Of a stretch of 64,000 nucleotides of DNA, positions 1-12,041 are shown one piece after another. The stretch is from assembly GCA_964247055.1 (NCBI GenBank), contig OZ176054.1, positions 3,658,001 to 3,722,000 of the forward strand, written 5' to 3'. A model generated the notes under the pieces. It saw nothing but the letters and a program-made list of their open reading frames with translations. It had not been told where the DNA came from and made no database searches. This DNA is from Paragordius varius. Taxonomy: Eukaryota > Animalia > Nematomorpha. The position numbers were made by a program, and so were the translations under genes. Position 1 is the first letter of the stretch; each line of letters opens with the position of its first letter.

Positions 1-83
1 GTACTCATAACAATAGAATAATTTGTATTCCATTCAAATCATATCAAATAAATACCTTATTTTATTTAATTTGGGTTTTTTAG

Positions 84-3000
84 CTCCTAATCAAAGGGAA
101 ACATTAATGCACAAAATGCAAACTCTATCCATGAATGACAAAAAAGGTGATAAATTTCAAGGTATTAGCACCCATGTCAATGATACCAACAATAACATTT
201 TAAAATCGAGCAATCGTCAACCTTTGAATTATACACTCAATAAAAATAATTCAATGAATTTGCCAAAAAATGCAAATATGAATGTGAATAATAATACGAC
301 AAAATGGGCTACTAAATTACGACCAGAAGAAATAAAGGGATTTAAACCATCCATCATACCTGGCACCAATAAAACTAGTAGTTCTGGAATACAAAAGGAT
401 ATTTTACAACAACAACCCACAGAAAAATTATTGAAAAATGAGGATACCACTTTATTATTTGAACAAACACGAAATGTGCAAGATAGCAATGATATGGTAA
501 TTAATGATAAGTTAATTTGTAGAATAATTTTAAAGTTGTGTTTTTTTTTAAATTAAACATTAAACGCTTTCTGGAAAAAATTATCTATATATTTATATAT
601 ATAAACGTAAAATTTTTCTGTGGACGGTTAAGTTTTTACTTTTTACAACTATCCGATAAAAAAGTGAAGTAGTTTATAAAATTTATTTGTAAAGGATTAC
701 ACCAATAATTCATTGAATGGTGTGATAATGTCCAAGGATATGGCCACAACCTCGTCGTCTATCATAACAAATCCAAGTGATACCAATTTAGTGCCGCAAA
801 ATGTTTCATCGACTTTATCCCCGGATCTTCAAAAACTTCCACCTTTAACGAACAAAAAATTTTGCATTACCCAGGATAAACGACAAAATTGTCATGTGCA
901 AAGGTATACATTTCTTCCTTGATTTAGCGCAATTTTATAATTTTTCTCTAGGGTTAACTTTGAAGTAAGGTTTGTGAACTTAAAATATTTTACCCTATTT
1001 TAGACAGTAAAAATTGAAATAAAAAACAAAAAAATAAATGCTAACTAACCTCTTATAAATAAAAAAATTTTTATGATGCGAATTTTTTATTATAATAATC
1101 TGTGGTTTTGATCCTCAAATAAAGAACAGAATTAATATTTTTTTATTTTTTAAATAACACTTATAATCTAGACTATATGAAAAAAATTAGCATTAAAAAT
1201 ATCGGTTCTTTGTTTAAATAATCATTTATTATTAATGTTTCCTTTTTAACTAATTTCATTGCATATTTGTTCAGAAATGACTTTCTACTAAACAGAAATC
1301 TAAATAATAGTGGTCAACCAATTAGGTTAGATCTTAATAATCGGCCTAATCGATCACATTCAATTTCCGAGTTTCCTAGTGCATACACCACCGTTTCCTC
1401 TACGAATGGGGGCAACACTAGGGGTTTCAACACTTCTTTAACTTGTGATAATATGCTACTTTGTCGCACAAAATCTATTGGAGAGACTCGACATTGGTTT
1501 AATAATAATAATAATAATTACAAGTATTCAAAAGAAACCCCTAAAAATGATAGTTATGGACATAATGAAAACACTATCGAAGATCGTAATGTAAACGGAA
1601 ACGATATGGAAAACTATGAAAAAGGAATGGGACATCGTCGCTTAAATAATCCAGGTTACAGAAATATATTTATATATAATATATATCTTGCTTCATATTG
1701 TTTTAAATGCATGCCACAAGGCATTTTCGGAATAATTTGTTATAAATATAACTATAATGTTGTTTTAAAGTGATATAATCGCTATTCTTTAAATATGTTT
1801 TATTTAAATGGTATTTTTACTTCAACAACAAGCATAGAAAGCCTATGTTTACCGTTTTAAATAGCTCCATGTTGATCTAGGACGCAAATTATAATACATT
1901 TTAATTGTAAGTAATCATATATGTATGTATGTATGTATCCCTTAGATGTTTTTAAATTACCACCCGAACTAATCTCACACCACTTGGCTAATCTCACGAA
2001 AATGGATCTCATCAAAACGACCACCCTTGCCGCTGTCAAAGAGGACCGCGACAAATTCTATGGGATTGAATGGGATGAAGAATTTTTGAGGGATCTTGAA
2101 CGCCTACGCAAACAGGAATCTCAACACATCAAACGGCATACAACATATCATAATCATCATTTACATCATAACACATCACATCATCAAAATAACAACGCTC
2201 AAATTGTTTTGTCTGATGAAACTACTAATAATCTAACACCGGCACTGAATAATAATGAAAAGAAACAAGATGGTTTATTGCTAGAAACTTCATTGGTAAG
2301 GGGTTTACTTTAGTTTTGTTTAATTCCGGGTATTAATCCTTTAAGTGTGATTATAACCGCTTTAAATATTAACGAGTCAAAAATGTTTGAAACTTGTTTT
2401 TATAAAAAAAATTGATCAAATTTTGTAAAAATTAAAAAAAATAGCAAAATAAAAGTATAACGTTAAAGTGTAAAATTTTAAGATTATAATTTATGGGTTA
2501 TTCTATCAAAGGTTTTTAAACTAAGAAAAGAAAAAAATTGGATTTTAGTTATAATATAAATATGCTTTTGTAATAAATTGACATGACCGTTAACCACTGC
2601 ATTTTTAAGCGTTATAACTGATCCGATTTTCGATTAATTAAAAGCCACCCACCTTACTTATTTTTATGGGAGACGTTATTTATACAATGTTTAATACTTT
2701 ATCTATATGGTTTCTAGAGAATCACAAATCTTCAAAATTTAATTTTTAGCTTTTATCATATTCATGAGGTTATATCCATTTATTTTTTTTTGTAAAAGGA
2801 TGACCCTATCCAACAAAAAAAGAAAGAGGATGATCCAATTAATAATAGTGAAGATAAAAAGTTTTGTGAACAAAACTTTAAAACACATCACTTGTATTTG
2901 GCTTACATGAAACCACCAAGGCATTATTACAATAATTCACTACAGTCGTCGCAAGATGCATTGAAAAACGCATCTAATGTAACAGCTCCTCCTAATAAAA

Positions 3001-3245
3001 AGTTGATGGCTAAAATGACAAAAGGGACATCATTGTGTCCTTTCCTAGCATTTAATCAAAAAACTCGCAGCAATAATAATGATGACATACATAAAAATGA
3101 AAATTTATCTAACGAAAATTTGACCAATTACTCTAACACGACGCCGACATTTTGTCACACCCCTATAAATATGAATCAAACTAATAGCAACAATAATATC
3201 AATATGTTGGATATTCAACACACTTTACCACTCGGTACTGATTGA
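84..3245 (+). CDS. 3' part of an uncharacterised multi-exon gene (Asn-rich, low complexity), 5'-truncated by the window edge
   Basis: join(84..496,695..903,1275..1654,1946..2295,2718..2768,2799..3245). All junctions are GT-AG with compatible phases and the model ends in TGA. It includes a 30-nt intron (2769-2798). Best-structured segment: DVFKLPPELISHHLANLTKMDLIKTT...GIEWDEEFLRDLERLRKQE. No family recognised. Confidence 0.7.
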
Positions 3246-3585
3246 ATGTTTCAAATTCCATAATATGTAATAAATTAATTCATTGTGAAATCTTTACCGA
3301 AAGAATTATAAATGATAGAATCTTTAAACACGTAATATAATATATATGCACTACTCTTAAATATGATGTCTCCAATCAAAATCAATATTCCTAATTTTAT
3401 TTAATACTTTTTTTTATTAATTTTTTATTAATTTACAAATGGAGTATGCATGGTTGTTTTATGTATTTTATATGCGCTAACATCAAAATAATACCTGTAA
3501 TCTCTTTTTTATGTTACATTGAATTGAATATTTTAGGTCTGTCCACACCATCCATTATCATAATAATCATGATTTTATTTTATGA

Positions 3586-3589
<4 letters not shown>

Positions 3590-3621
<32 letters not shown>
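3590..3621. repeat. (TA)n microsatellite
   Basis: Uninterrupted TA dinucleotide run; explains the YIYIYI stretch in spurious ORF 3446..3667. Confidence 0.9.
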
Positions 3622-3625
<4 letters not shown>

Positions 3626-6600
3626 TTAAAAATATTTTTCACATATTATTCCTATTTTCACTTCTGACTCAAAGTTATAATATAACTTATGTATGCTAAA
3701 TAATAAATTCTTAATCTTATTAGGTGGTGGAGGTACAAGTTCAAATCATAATTATCTTCTCTAATACTTTCTTTCCATTATTTACTTAGACACCTTAAAA
3801 GTCAAAAGAAAGAACTCTGAATTACGCCTATATGTTAAAAATGAAACTTTCAATTTTTGGCACGAATGTGTACATGTATATATTGATGACATTGCTATGC
3901 GTTAATCATTTTGATAACTTCTGTGTATAGAAATTATTAACAGCTTTGAAACATCGTTTATAGAGTTATTCAATTACAAAAACGTCAGTCTGGTTTATAA
4001 CAAAAATTTTTATTATAGGTTCATTGCACAGCATATGTAAATAATCATGCATAGGTGTCATAATATCTGATATAGTTGGTTAGAGATTTTTTGACTCTCC
4101 TACATTTACCTAGGCCCATCAAAGCAAATATATGGATCTTAATTGAGACACTAACGGAGGGAAATTAATCCCTTAAATAACTTAAATATTTTTCCTTCGA
4201 AACTATTTGTTTTTTTATATATTTTTAACTTTTTAATTTTATACATTGGCATCGATATTAATTCTTAGCTAATCAATGCTAATAGCCATATTTGGATACT
4301 AAAAAGCAAACAAAATTTTAAGAGTGCGTAGGAATTATATTTGTAGAATAAAGCGTAAATAATGTTGATACATTTATATATATCGGTTTAATGTTTGTTA
4401 CAAAATACATTTAATGTGGCTTAGTATTGCCGAAAGTTAATGATTATATGTTTAAAAAACCTTTGAATATTAATTGGTAATATATGTAGATGACTAACTA
4501 TCTATTATTCCTGGAATATCATTATACTTAAAATTTTAAAATGCATATTTGAGTCGAGCCTGCCCGAAAAAAAGTGAAAACGGAAGCAGGATAATTTGCA
4601 GACTTTTGAAATCTTGTTGGTTTTTTGACATTTAAAAAATGAAAACTAGTGTCGTTTTTATTTGGAACCCGAACTTGTTTTCTCAAAATCAAACCAGATT
4701 AATCCATAAATTTTAATTGGTTTTGGAACCGGTTCTTTCAGGCTCATGGCTAGGATCAAGATGTGGGTTATTTAAGCTAAATGCTCGAGTTATAATGGCT
4801 CATGTAGTCCTGATATTAAACCAAAATTATGATTATTTATACCCATTTTATATAGTAGTTATAATCTATAAATATTTATGTACATAGATATTTTTCGTTT
4901 CCCTATTCCTGGCCAACTTTAACCATAAACTCTCTTTTGATTTTATATACTATTGAATCATACCGTTTTTTTATGTTTATAATAACAAATGAAGAAGAAT
5001 GCAGGACTGAATAATGGGTAAGGCGCGGATTCTTATACTGTGTATGAGAGTTTGAACCCTGAAACTACTCATTTTTTTTCATCATCACTGTCAGCGCCCG
5101 CCCTGGTCAGGCGATTGTTTAAGCTTTCACAGATCCTTACCCTTTAATATAAAATGAAAAAAGAGACTCTAAACCAGGGATGTCCAGCACAAATGGCTCT
5201 GCGGGCCGCTTTGATATAATATATATTTATATGGACAATTAATGTATTAAATGCCAAACATAAGACAACCATCCCTACAATTATATGTATGAACCACTTA
5301 CATTTTCTGTATTAAATATTTTAGTTTAAAAAAAGCTTATTAATATTAAAATAACTTACAAACTATCTATAATTAAAGAATATGTGGGTTAATTGATCAT
5401 TTAATTTAAATTGGTAACATCTAAATTAAACAATTTAATTTAACCTTCATTGCAGACAAAGAGTCTTTATTCCATTATATTTAATTTTAAAACTGTTGTA
5501 TTATTATTTTCTAAATAAAATATCTTATTTGACATTTATAACAGTAATAAATGACTTTTTATTTCAAAACATTTGAAATATGCACTTTTTTAAGTTTTTC
5601 ACATATAATTAAATCGATAAATAATTTTGGAGGCAATCACCTACTTTCCAATTCAAATAAGGATTTTTATGTGTCTGGGTTGGCAAATAGTTCCTATATC
5701 ACGGAAATGTAGCCAGGATTTCTAAGGAGATCTGTTTTACATGACATTAATGGTGCAATTTTTTAAATGAATTACGTGATAATCATAAAATCAAAACTAT
5801 ATTTTACGATACAACTTTTTACAATTGTCGTTTAAAATACTGATTTGGAAAAATAATTCTAATGTTTTTCTAACCTCTAAACAGGCACAAATATTATGAC
5901 CTAATTAAAATTTTATGCTAACTCATATAACATTTTTAGTAGAATTAAGAAAACAGAATTTAGGTATTGTGATGCATTATCAATATAAAATCAAATAAAT
6001 ATTAAACAAACGCATATTGATAAAAATTAACATACTTAAGTATATCACTCACTATAATGCTAGTTAAATTTAAAATCGATCTTTAAACTTTATGTTGTTT
6101 TGTTAGAATAATTTTATAAACAGCAAAATAAGTATGGAGCGCAATCATTATATACGCATTTTTAGGTCTTATTTCACAGAACAACCACGTTCATTACCTT
6201 TGAATTTAAAATGAAAGAACTAAAATCAGTTATCGCTAAATATATATATGAGGTATATATTAGTTTGATTTCGTTATTTGTTTGTTTAATTTTTTTGCAT
6301 TCAATGAGAAGTGCATAGAAAGGTAACAGAGAAGTAAAGATTGTCAAAACGATTCAGACATTATTTTCAAAAAAAAATAAACCATGTATCCTTATCATCA
6401 AGCATGTATTTATATATTAATTTGAGTAAAAAACACTGGTAAATCTTCTTATGCATGCCATTTTTTATATGTTAGTTTCATAATTTTTATTTGCAATGAT
6501 ATGACAAATTTACATAAAATGATTGCAATTATGATTATATTTTGTTACAACAAGCCAGAATCAGAATAATTCTTTTTTTATATTTTTCTTGCAAGTTGCG

Positions 6601-7115
6601 AAATCCGAAAAAAAAATTAATTATAACCAAATATAATTGTGATTATTTTAACTTTGAGAATTTTTGCGGAATGACTTTGAAAACTCTATTATTTGATCCA
6701 AACACTATATGCCTAATTTTAATCATTCTTTTCTCCCAATATCCATTTAAATCGGGTCAAAACCCAGGTTCATTATCTTTACAATTTAAAATCCTTATTT
6801 ATTATTGGGAATTTTTACATATTCAGTTCATGGAATCATAATTAGCAGTTATGGACCATTTTAATTTTTAAACAAATTTTTAATAGTTTGGATAATTATG
6901 AAAAAGCTTTGGAAGTTGTCACTTTGATATCTGTTTTGTGATGACTCTTTTAATCATTTAATTTGTTAATTTTGGCCGAAAACCTAAATATTAGTATACT
7001 CCACAGTAATATTAAGGCGAAGTAGTAACGCTTTGTTTAAACAACAGTTAACATAAAATTCTGCCACTGTATTATGTTATCATCAGAGACCAATATCTTT
7101 TAACGATGACTATTA

Positions 7116-10100
7116 TTGCGAAAATTATCTTTTCTTTCTCATCTCATATTACTAATTTTAGTTTCCATAAATTCGGTTGATGGTGGTTCCGGTAAAGTTT
7201 GTCCGTCCGGTTACTATTGTCCCGATCCAGCCGCCCTAGAATTTCAAATTCCATGTCCCCCGGGTTATTTTTGTCCTGAAGGCAACAGACTGCCAAAATG
7301 GTGTCTGCCAGGCTATTATTGTCCAACCGGTTCTTCCAGTCCTCGGGGATGTGAACAGGGCTTTTATTGTCCCGAAGGCGCGTCTAAGCCATACCCTTGC
7401 CCTTCAGGTAATGGGATTTAACTTAAAAATCTTTTTTAAATTAAAAAAAGTTTATTTTACTTTATTCTAAATTCTGATTTCGGTTTTATCCGCCTAATAA
7501 CCAATTAACAATATCGGCAATGTTATTGTTACTAGGATAAATACAATTGTGTTTTATAATTTATTTACAGAGTATTCATAACAAGATTTATATGAAAACT
7601 ATACCTTTACATATCTTTTTCTCTATTTATACCATTGTCATCACAATTAAAAATCTTTAAATGGACCACTTTTTTGTGTGTCCAGAATGATGTCAAATTA
7701 TTTCAAATGCTCATTAAATTAATTAACCTTTTAATTATTAGGCCATTTTTCCAACAAAACAAATCTCGAAGATTTTTCAGATTGCACGCCTTGCCCTGCC
7801 GGAACCTATTGTCCAAGACCGGCACAAACCCGAGTCGAAAGGATTTGTCCACCAGGTAATACAAAATACCAAATCTATGCATAATTTTTTACATGTTTTT
7901 TGATAAAAAAAATGTTTTTTTTGAAAAAAAAATAATTATTTTATTCAAAATTTGTATATCGGCTTCATATTTTGCCAAGCTCTCAGTTAATATATAAATG
8001 TCGTATTGATTGTCTTTTGCGGGAAACTATTTGTCCCATTTTCCAACGTCTTTTAAATTATTGAAGTGCTGCTCTGCGAGGGTGTGTCATTGATGCGAGG
8101 TTGTATTTATCAGATGAGAATATTTTTGACCTTGTCTCTGCATTTCGGTCGTTTTCTAGGAAAGTAGGTTTAAATTGATCTGTTAGCGGTAATGTTGTGT
8201 AATAACGATTTCATCGGGTTTTAAAAGTTCAGAATACAAAATATCGCTCTGGCCCCACCCAGAGCACGGTCTTCTTGATGAAGCGATTTTGCATTGTTTT
8301 TGACGGACTGGCCTGGCAAGGTGAAAGCCATGATTCCGCTTTGGATTAACAAAATAAAGCCATTTCTCATCACCCGTCTCGAATCGGTGCAAAAAGCATT
8401 TTTTTTGTGACGTTGAAGCAGGATTTCACAGGTCATTTAGTTATTTTTAAATATTCATTCAAATTATGTTAAACTCATTTACCGAATTTATGGGTCTTAT
8501 TCATTGCTCTTAGGCATCTATTCTTGTTTTTTGTGATACATGTAATGTTTGTTGTTAAGTTTGAGTTGGTTGATCATATTACTCTTGTACTTTAGTCTTT
8601 CGCATAAAATCACAACTTTTAATATTTGAAAACTATGGTTTACATCTGTTAATTGATAGAACAAGTTCACCATATGTTTGTTCTAGCAAACGATAATTTC
8701 AACAGCCATTCTCTTCTATGGAAATGCGTACCGCAAAGGTTTTTTTTAGTTATAAAAGTGGATGTGAGAACTGAATGACAACATTAAGACGCTTGTTTTT
8801 GGCGAACTTAACTTGTGTTTTTCGTTTAATGTAAGTTATATCAAATGGGGTCGCTGATAAATTAATCGATCGTCTGGGCTTTTTTCGTTGACGTCTTCTC
8901 TTGTTAAACCGGTAATATATGGCTACACCTAGTATATGAAAAAGTACTTTATTGGTTTATTAACAGTATTTAAAAAGAGCGATAATCGTTTTATTTAAAT
9001 AATTGGACAAACTAGCTAAATTTTAAGTGATGTATTGGTAAAGGGGTATTAGCACATAAAGAGAGATTTAGTTCGTCTGTAAGCAAAATGATTTTTGTAT
9101 TAGTTATAAAATTATTTCACTCACGTGTTGTTTAAACCAGAATCCAAAAATTTCATAAATAAACGGGTTAAAATCTAGAAATAAAAAAGAAGGAAAACAT
9201 AATATGGATAAAGGATACATCACATATTTTGTGCAACATCAAACACTTAATAAAAGGCAATTAACTTCAATTGTGTTTATAACCCTAAATTTTTATTTCT
9301 ATCCAGGTTATTATTGCCCAACTGGGTCTTGGTTTCCTACCCAATGTCCGCCCGGAAGTTATTGCCGAGGCTTTCGAAAATCTTCGCCCACTGATGAATG
9401 TCCTTTAGGGCATTTGTGCCCTCCGGCATCATCTTATCCTGAACAATGCCCTCACGGTATTTAAAATTGAAATTATTTTTATGATATATAAAATGTTAAT
9501 AGTTTTTTGCATAGTATTAACACTTGGATACAACACACTCATTTTAGTCCTTCGATTCAAATTGGGGTAGTTGGATACCCCAGGCCTGTTTAAAATCAAA
9601 TACTTTAAAAATTATGGAAGCAATCAAAACCATGGCAAAATTTTGCACTTATATAACATTAATAAACCAAAATATATAAAAAATTTTATTCAAAAATACT
9701 TGATATTACTTATTTTGAGCTAAAACTGAAAGGTAAAAATTTAGTCAACGTGACATGTGTCAAATTGTAAAATTAAAAAATAATACAAAATAAACCGCCT
9801 TTTCTATTCTAACAATGTTAGATGTAATTTATATAAAAAATAAGCTTTAGTTTTACCCTTAAAATTAAATGAAGACGATATTTTGCAAAATTTTTGTAAA
9901 ATAAAAATGGCGTCGAAGTAGTTTGACATGGAACTTTTTTTTCAAAACAAAATTTTATCAAGATATTTTGGCATATTTATATACTTTTTATCAGGATAGG
10001 GGCATAAATTTAAATTGGGACCGTTTTCTTCAGTAGTTTTTTTAAAAATTTTAATTTAAATTTAGTCTGGGGTATTTAGATACCCCAATTTGAATCGAAG

Positions 10101-11477
10101 TGTTAAGAATGTTAAAATCAAGTATAAATTAAAAAATTGATAAGTATCTTTAAGTTCTTACAATATCACAAACTCGCTTATAAATGCCATAATTTACGTA
10201 CCAATTAATAAATATATCTTGTATACATTCGTTATTTTGAAGAAATAATAAATCAATTTGAATGTTTATTTAAATTTTTGATACTGCATATTTTTTAAAA
10301 AAAATTATATCATTATAAACAAACGAATATAAAATAAAAGGCTAACAAATAAATTATGATTTTTAACGGCATCAATTTTATATTCATATTAAAGTGTTAT
10401 ACTGTTCGTTCGGTTATATAGTTTATATATTCCATAAGGCCAAAGTTTCATTTTAAAGCTAAAATTTCAGATTCGCCTTTGAGTGTTTATTTTTTAATAT
10501 TGTTAGTGGGTTTAAAAAAATATATTTTTTGAGTTCACACCAAACTGATACAATGGCATATAAATATATTTTAAAGTAATATGCAATATTTTCGTTTTTT
10601 AATTTTCGAAAATATGAAATGTGGATATAATTTTCTTAAATAACTCCACAAAACTAAAAACAGCATATTTTGAAGACATTATAAATTATTATTATAATAT
10701 TTTATGATGACCGACTTTGTGCATTTTGTTATCGTCTATTTTTAGTTATATCATAACAGTACAATTAAAGTATTGGTCACCTTATTGAATGCAATAGGTT
10801 TGACGCAAATTAAATATATCGTCGTGTAATGAAAATAAGCGACCGAAGATTTATATAAAATCTAAAATAATCATTTTTAAATAAAAATGGTGTAATGAAT
10901 CCAAATTTATAATTGTGCAAAATCAAAAATACTTTTAAACGATTTAAAGGGATATCGTATATACATCTCCCCTAAGATGCACTATAGATAAAGTGCCTAT
11001 TATCTGCATCAAGACCCTCAATTTTAATATAGGATATGTATAAAAAATTATTCTAACTTGTTAAAAAAATAAATTTTTTTGGCTAAATAATGTTCAAAAT
11101 ATTAGTTTGTGGAATATATGTATTTTAATTGCATCTTAGATAATAAAAACTTATACAACATTAAATTCAGAGTAATCTTAAGCTAATTCGTTTATATGTG
11201 TTTTGATTTAACTATATGCCTTTAATTATCCTGTTAACGGACAATCAAATCCGATCAATTAAAATTAAGTCAATTGAAAATCTCCAAAGAAATTTGTAAA
11301 ATGTCGCCTTATATATTTTTTAAAGGTACATATTCCGATGAAAAGGGCCGTTGGAAATGCAAACCATGTCCAGAAGGATTTTATTGTAATACTGGGAGTA
11401 TCAACCCTTCTAAATGCCCGCCTCAGTATATATGTGCCAGAGGTTCAGCTTTTCCAATACCTAATATCGAAGAGTAA
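7116..11477 (+). CDS. Secreted cysteine-rich protein (~235 aa) made of tandem CPxG(Y/F/T)YCP repeats (GCC2/GCC3 or ephrin-receptor-like Cys-rich repeats)
   Basis: join(7116..7407,7742..7855,9307..9456,11326..11477) = 708 nt. All three introns are phase 1 and split the Gly of CPxG. Hydrophobic leader LSFLSHLILLILVSINSVDG. About ten repeats, e.g. CPSGYYCP, CPPGYFCP, CPAGTYCP, CPEGFYCN. No in-frame ATG (TTG at 7116; ATG at 7106 is out of frame by 1 nt). Confidence 0.75.
7999..8934 (-). mobile_element. Degenerate mariner (Mos1-like) transposon in intron 2 of the Cys-rich gene
   Basis: Minus-strand translation gives HRFETGDEKWLYFVNPKR, YSELLKPDE and LAEQHF..KW..FPAKD, matching mariner transposase motifs with frameshifts. 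A TIR-like end at ~8905-8934 resembles the left end of the copy at 12345. Confidence 0.85.
9521..10102. mobile_element. TTAA-flanked non-autonomous TIR element (piggyBac-like MITE)
   Basis: TTAA on both sides (9517-9520, 10103-10106). Subterminal inverted repeat TTCGATTCAAATTGGGGTA / TACCCCAATTTGAATCGAA. Second copy at 63397-63873. Confidence 0.7.
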
Positions 11478-12041
11478 AATATGTTAATAATACTGTCACA
11501 TCTCAATATACATTCATATTCGGTGTATATAAAATTTTTTTATTACAATTAATATTACCTTGTTGTTTGAAACGATTATATATAAATTTAGCATTTTGTA
11601 CAAAATCATTTTTAAATGTATATTGATTGCTATTTATGAATGAATGCGAATATTTGAGTATATGTAGTAGTAGTACAAAAAACTGAATTGTGTAAGATTT
11701 TTGATATAAAAAATTATGGAGTTAAATGATTATTTTCCAATTATAGAAAATCCCCAAAATAATAGAGAAAAATTATAAAAATAAATCTATTTTTTTAAAA
11801 CATAGTTTTTTAAATTTTGCAACATGTATATATACACAATCTATAAGTATATAAGTATCATTTTACACTTTTTATTTGATTTGTTTGTAATTTGGATATT
11901 GAAAGATTAAATGATTGTTTGTGTTTCTGAGTAATTAATAATAGCCCTGAGGATCAAAAGACCGTTATAATGTGACATGTTCCAATATGATTCTCAAACT
12001 TCTGAGCATTTGGTTATTTGTAGCGTAACATAAAAATGTTA

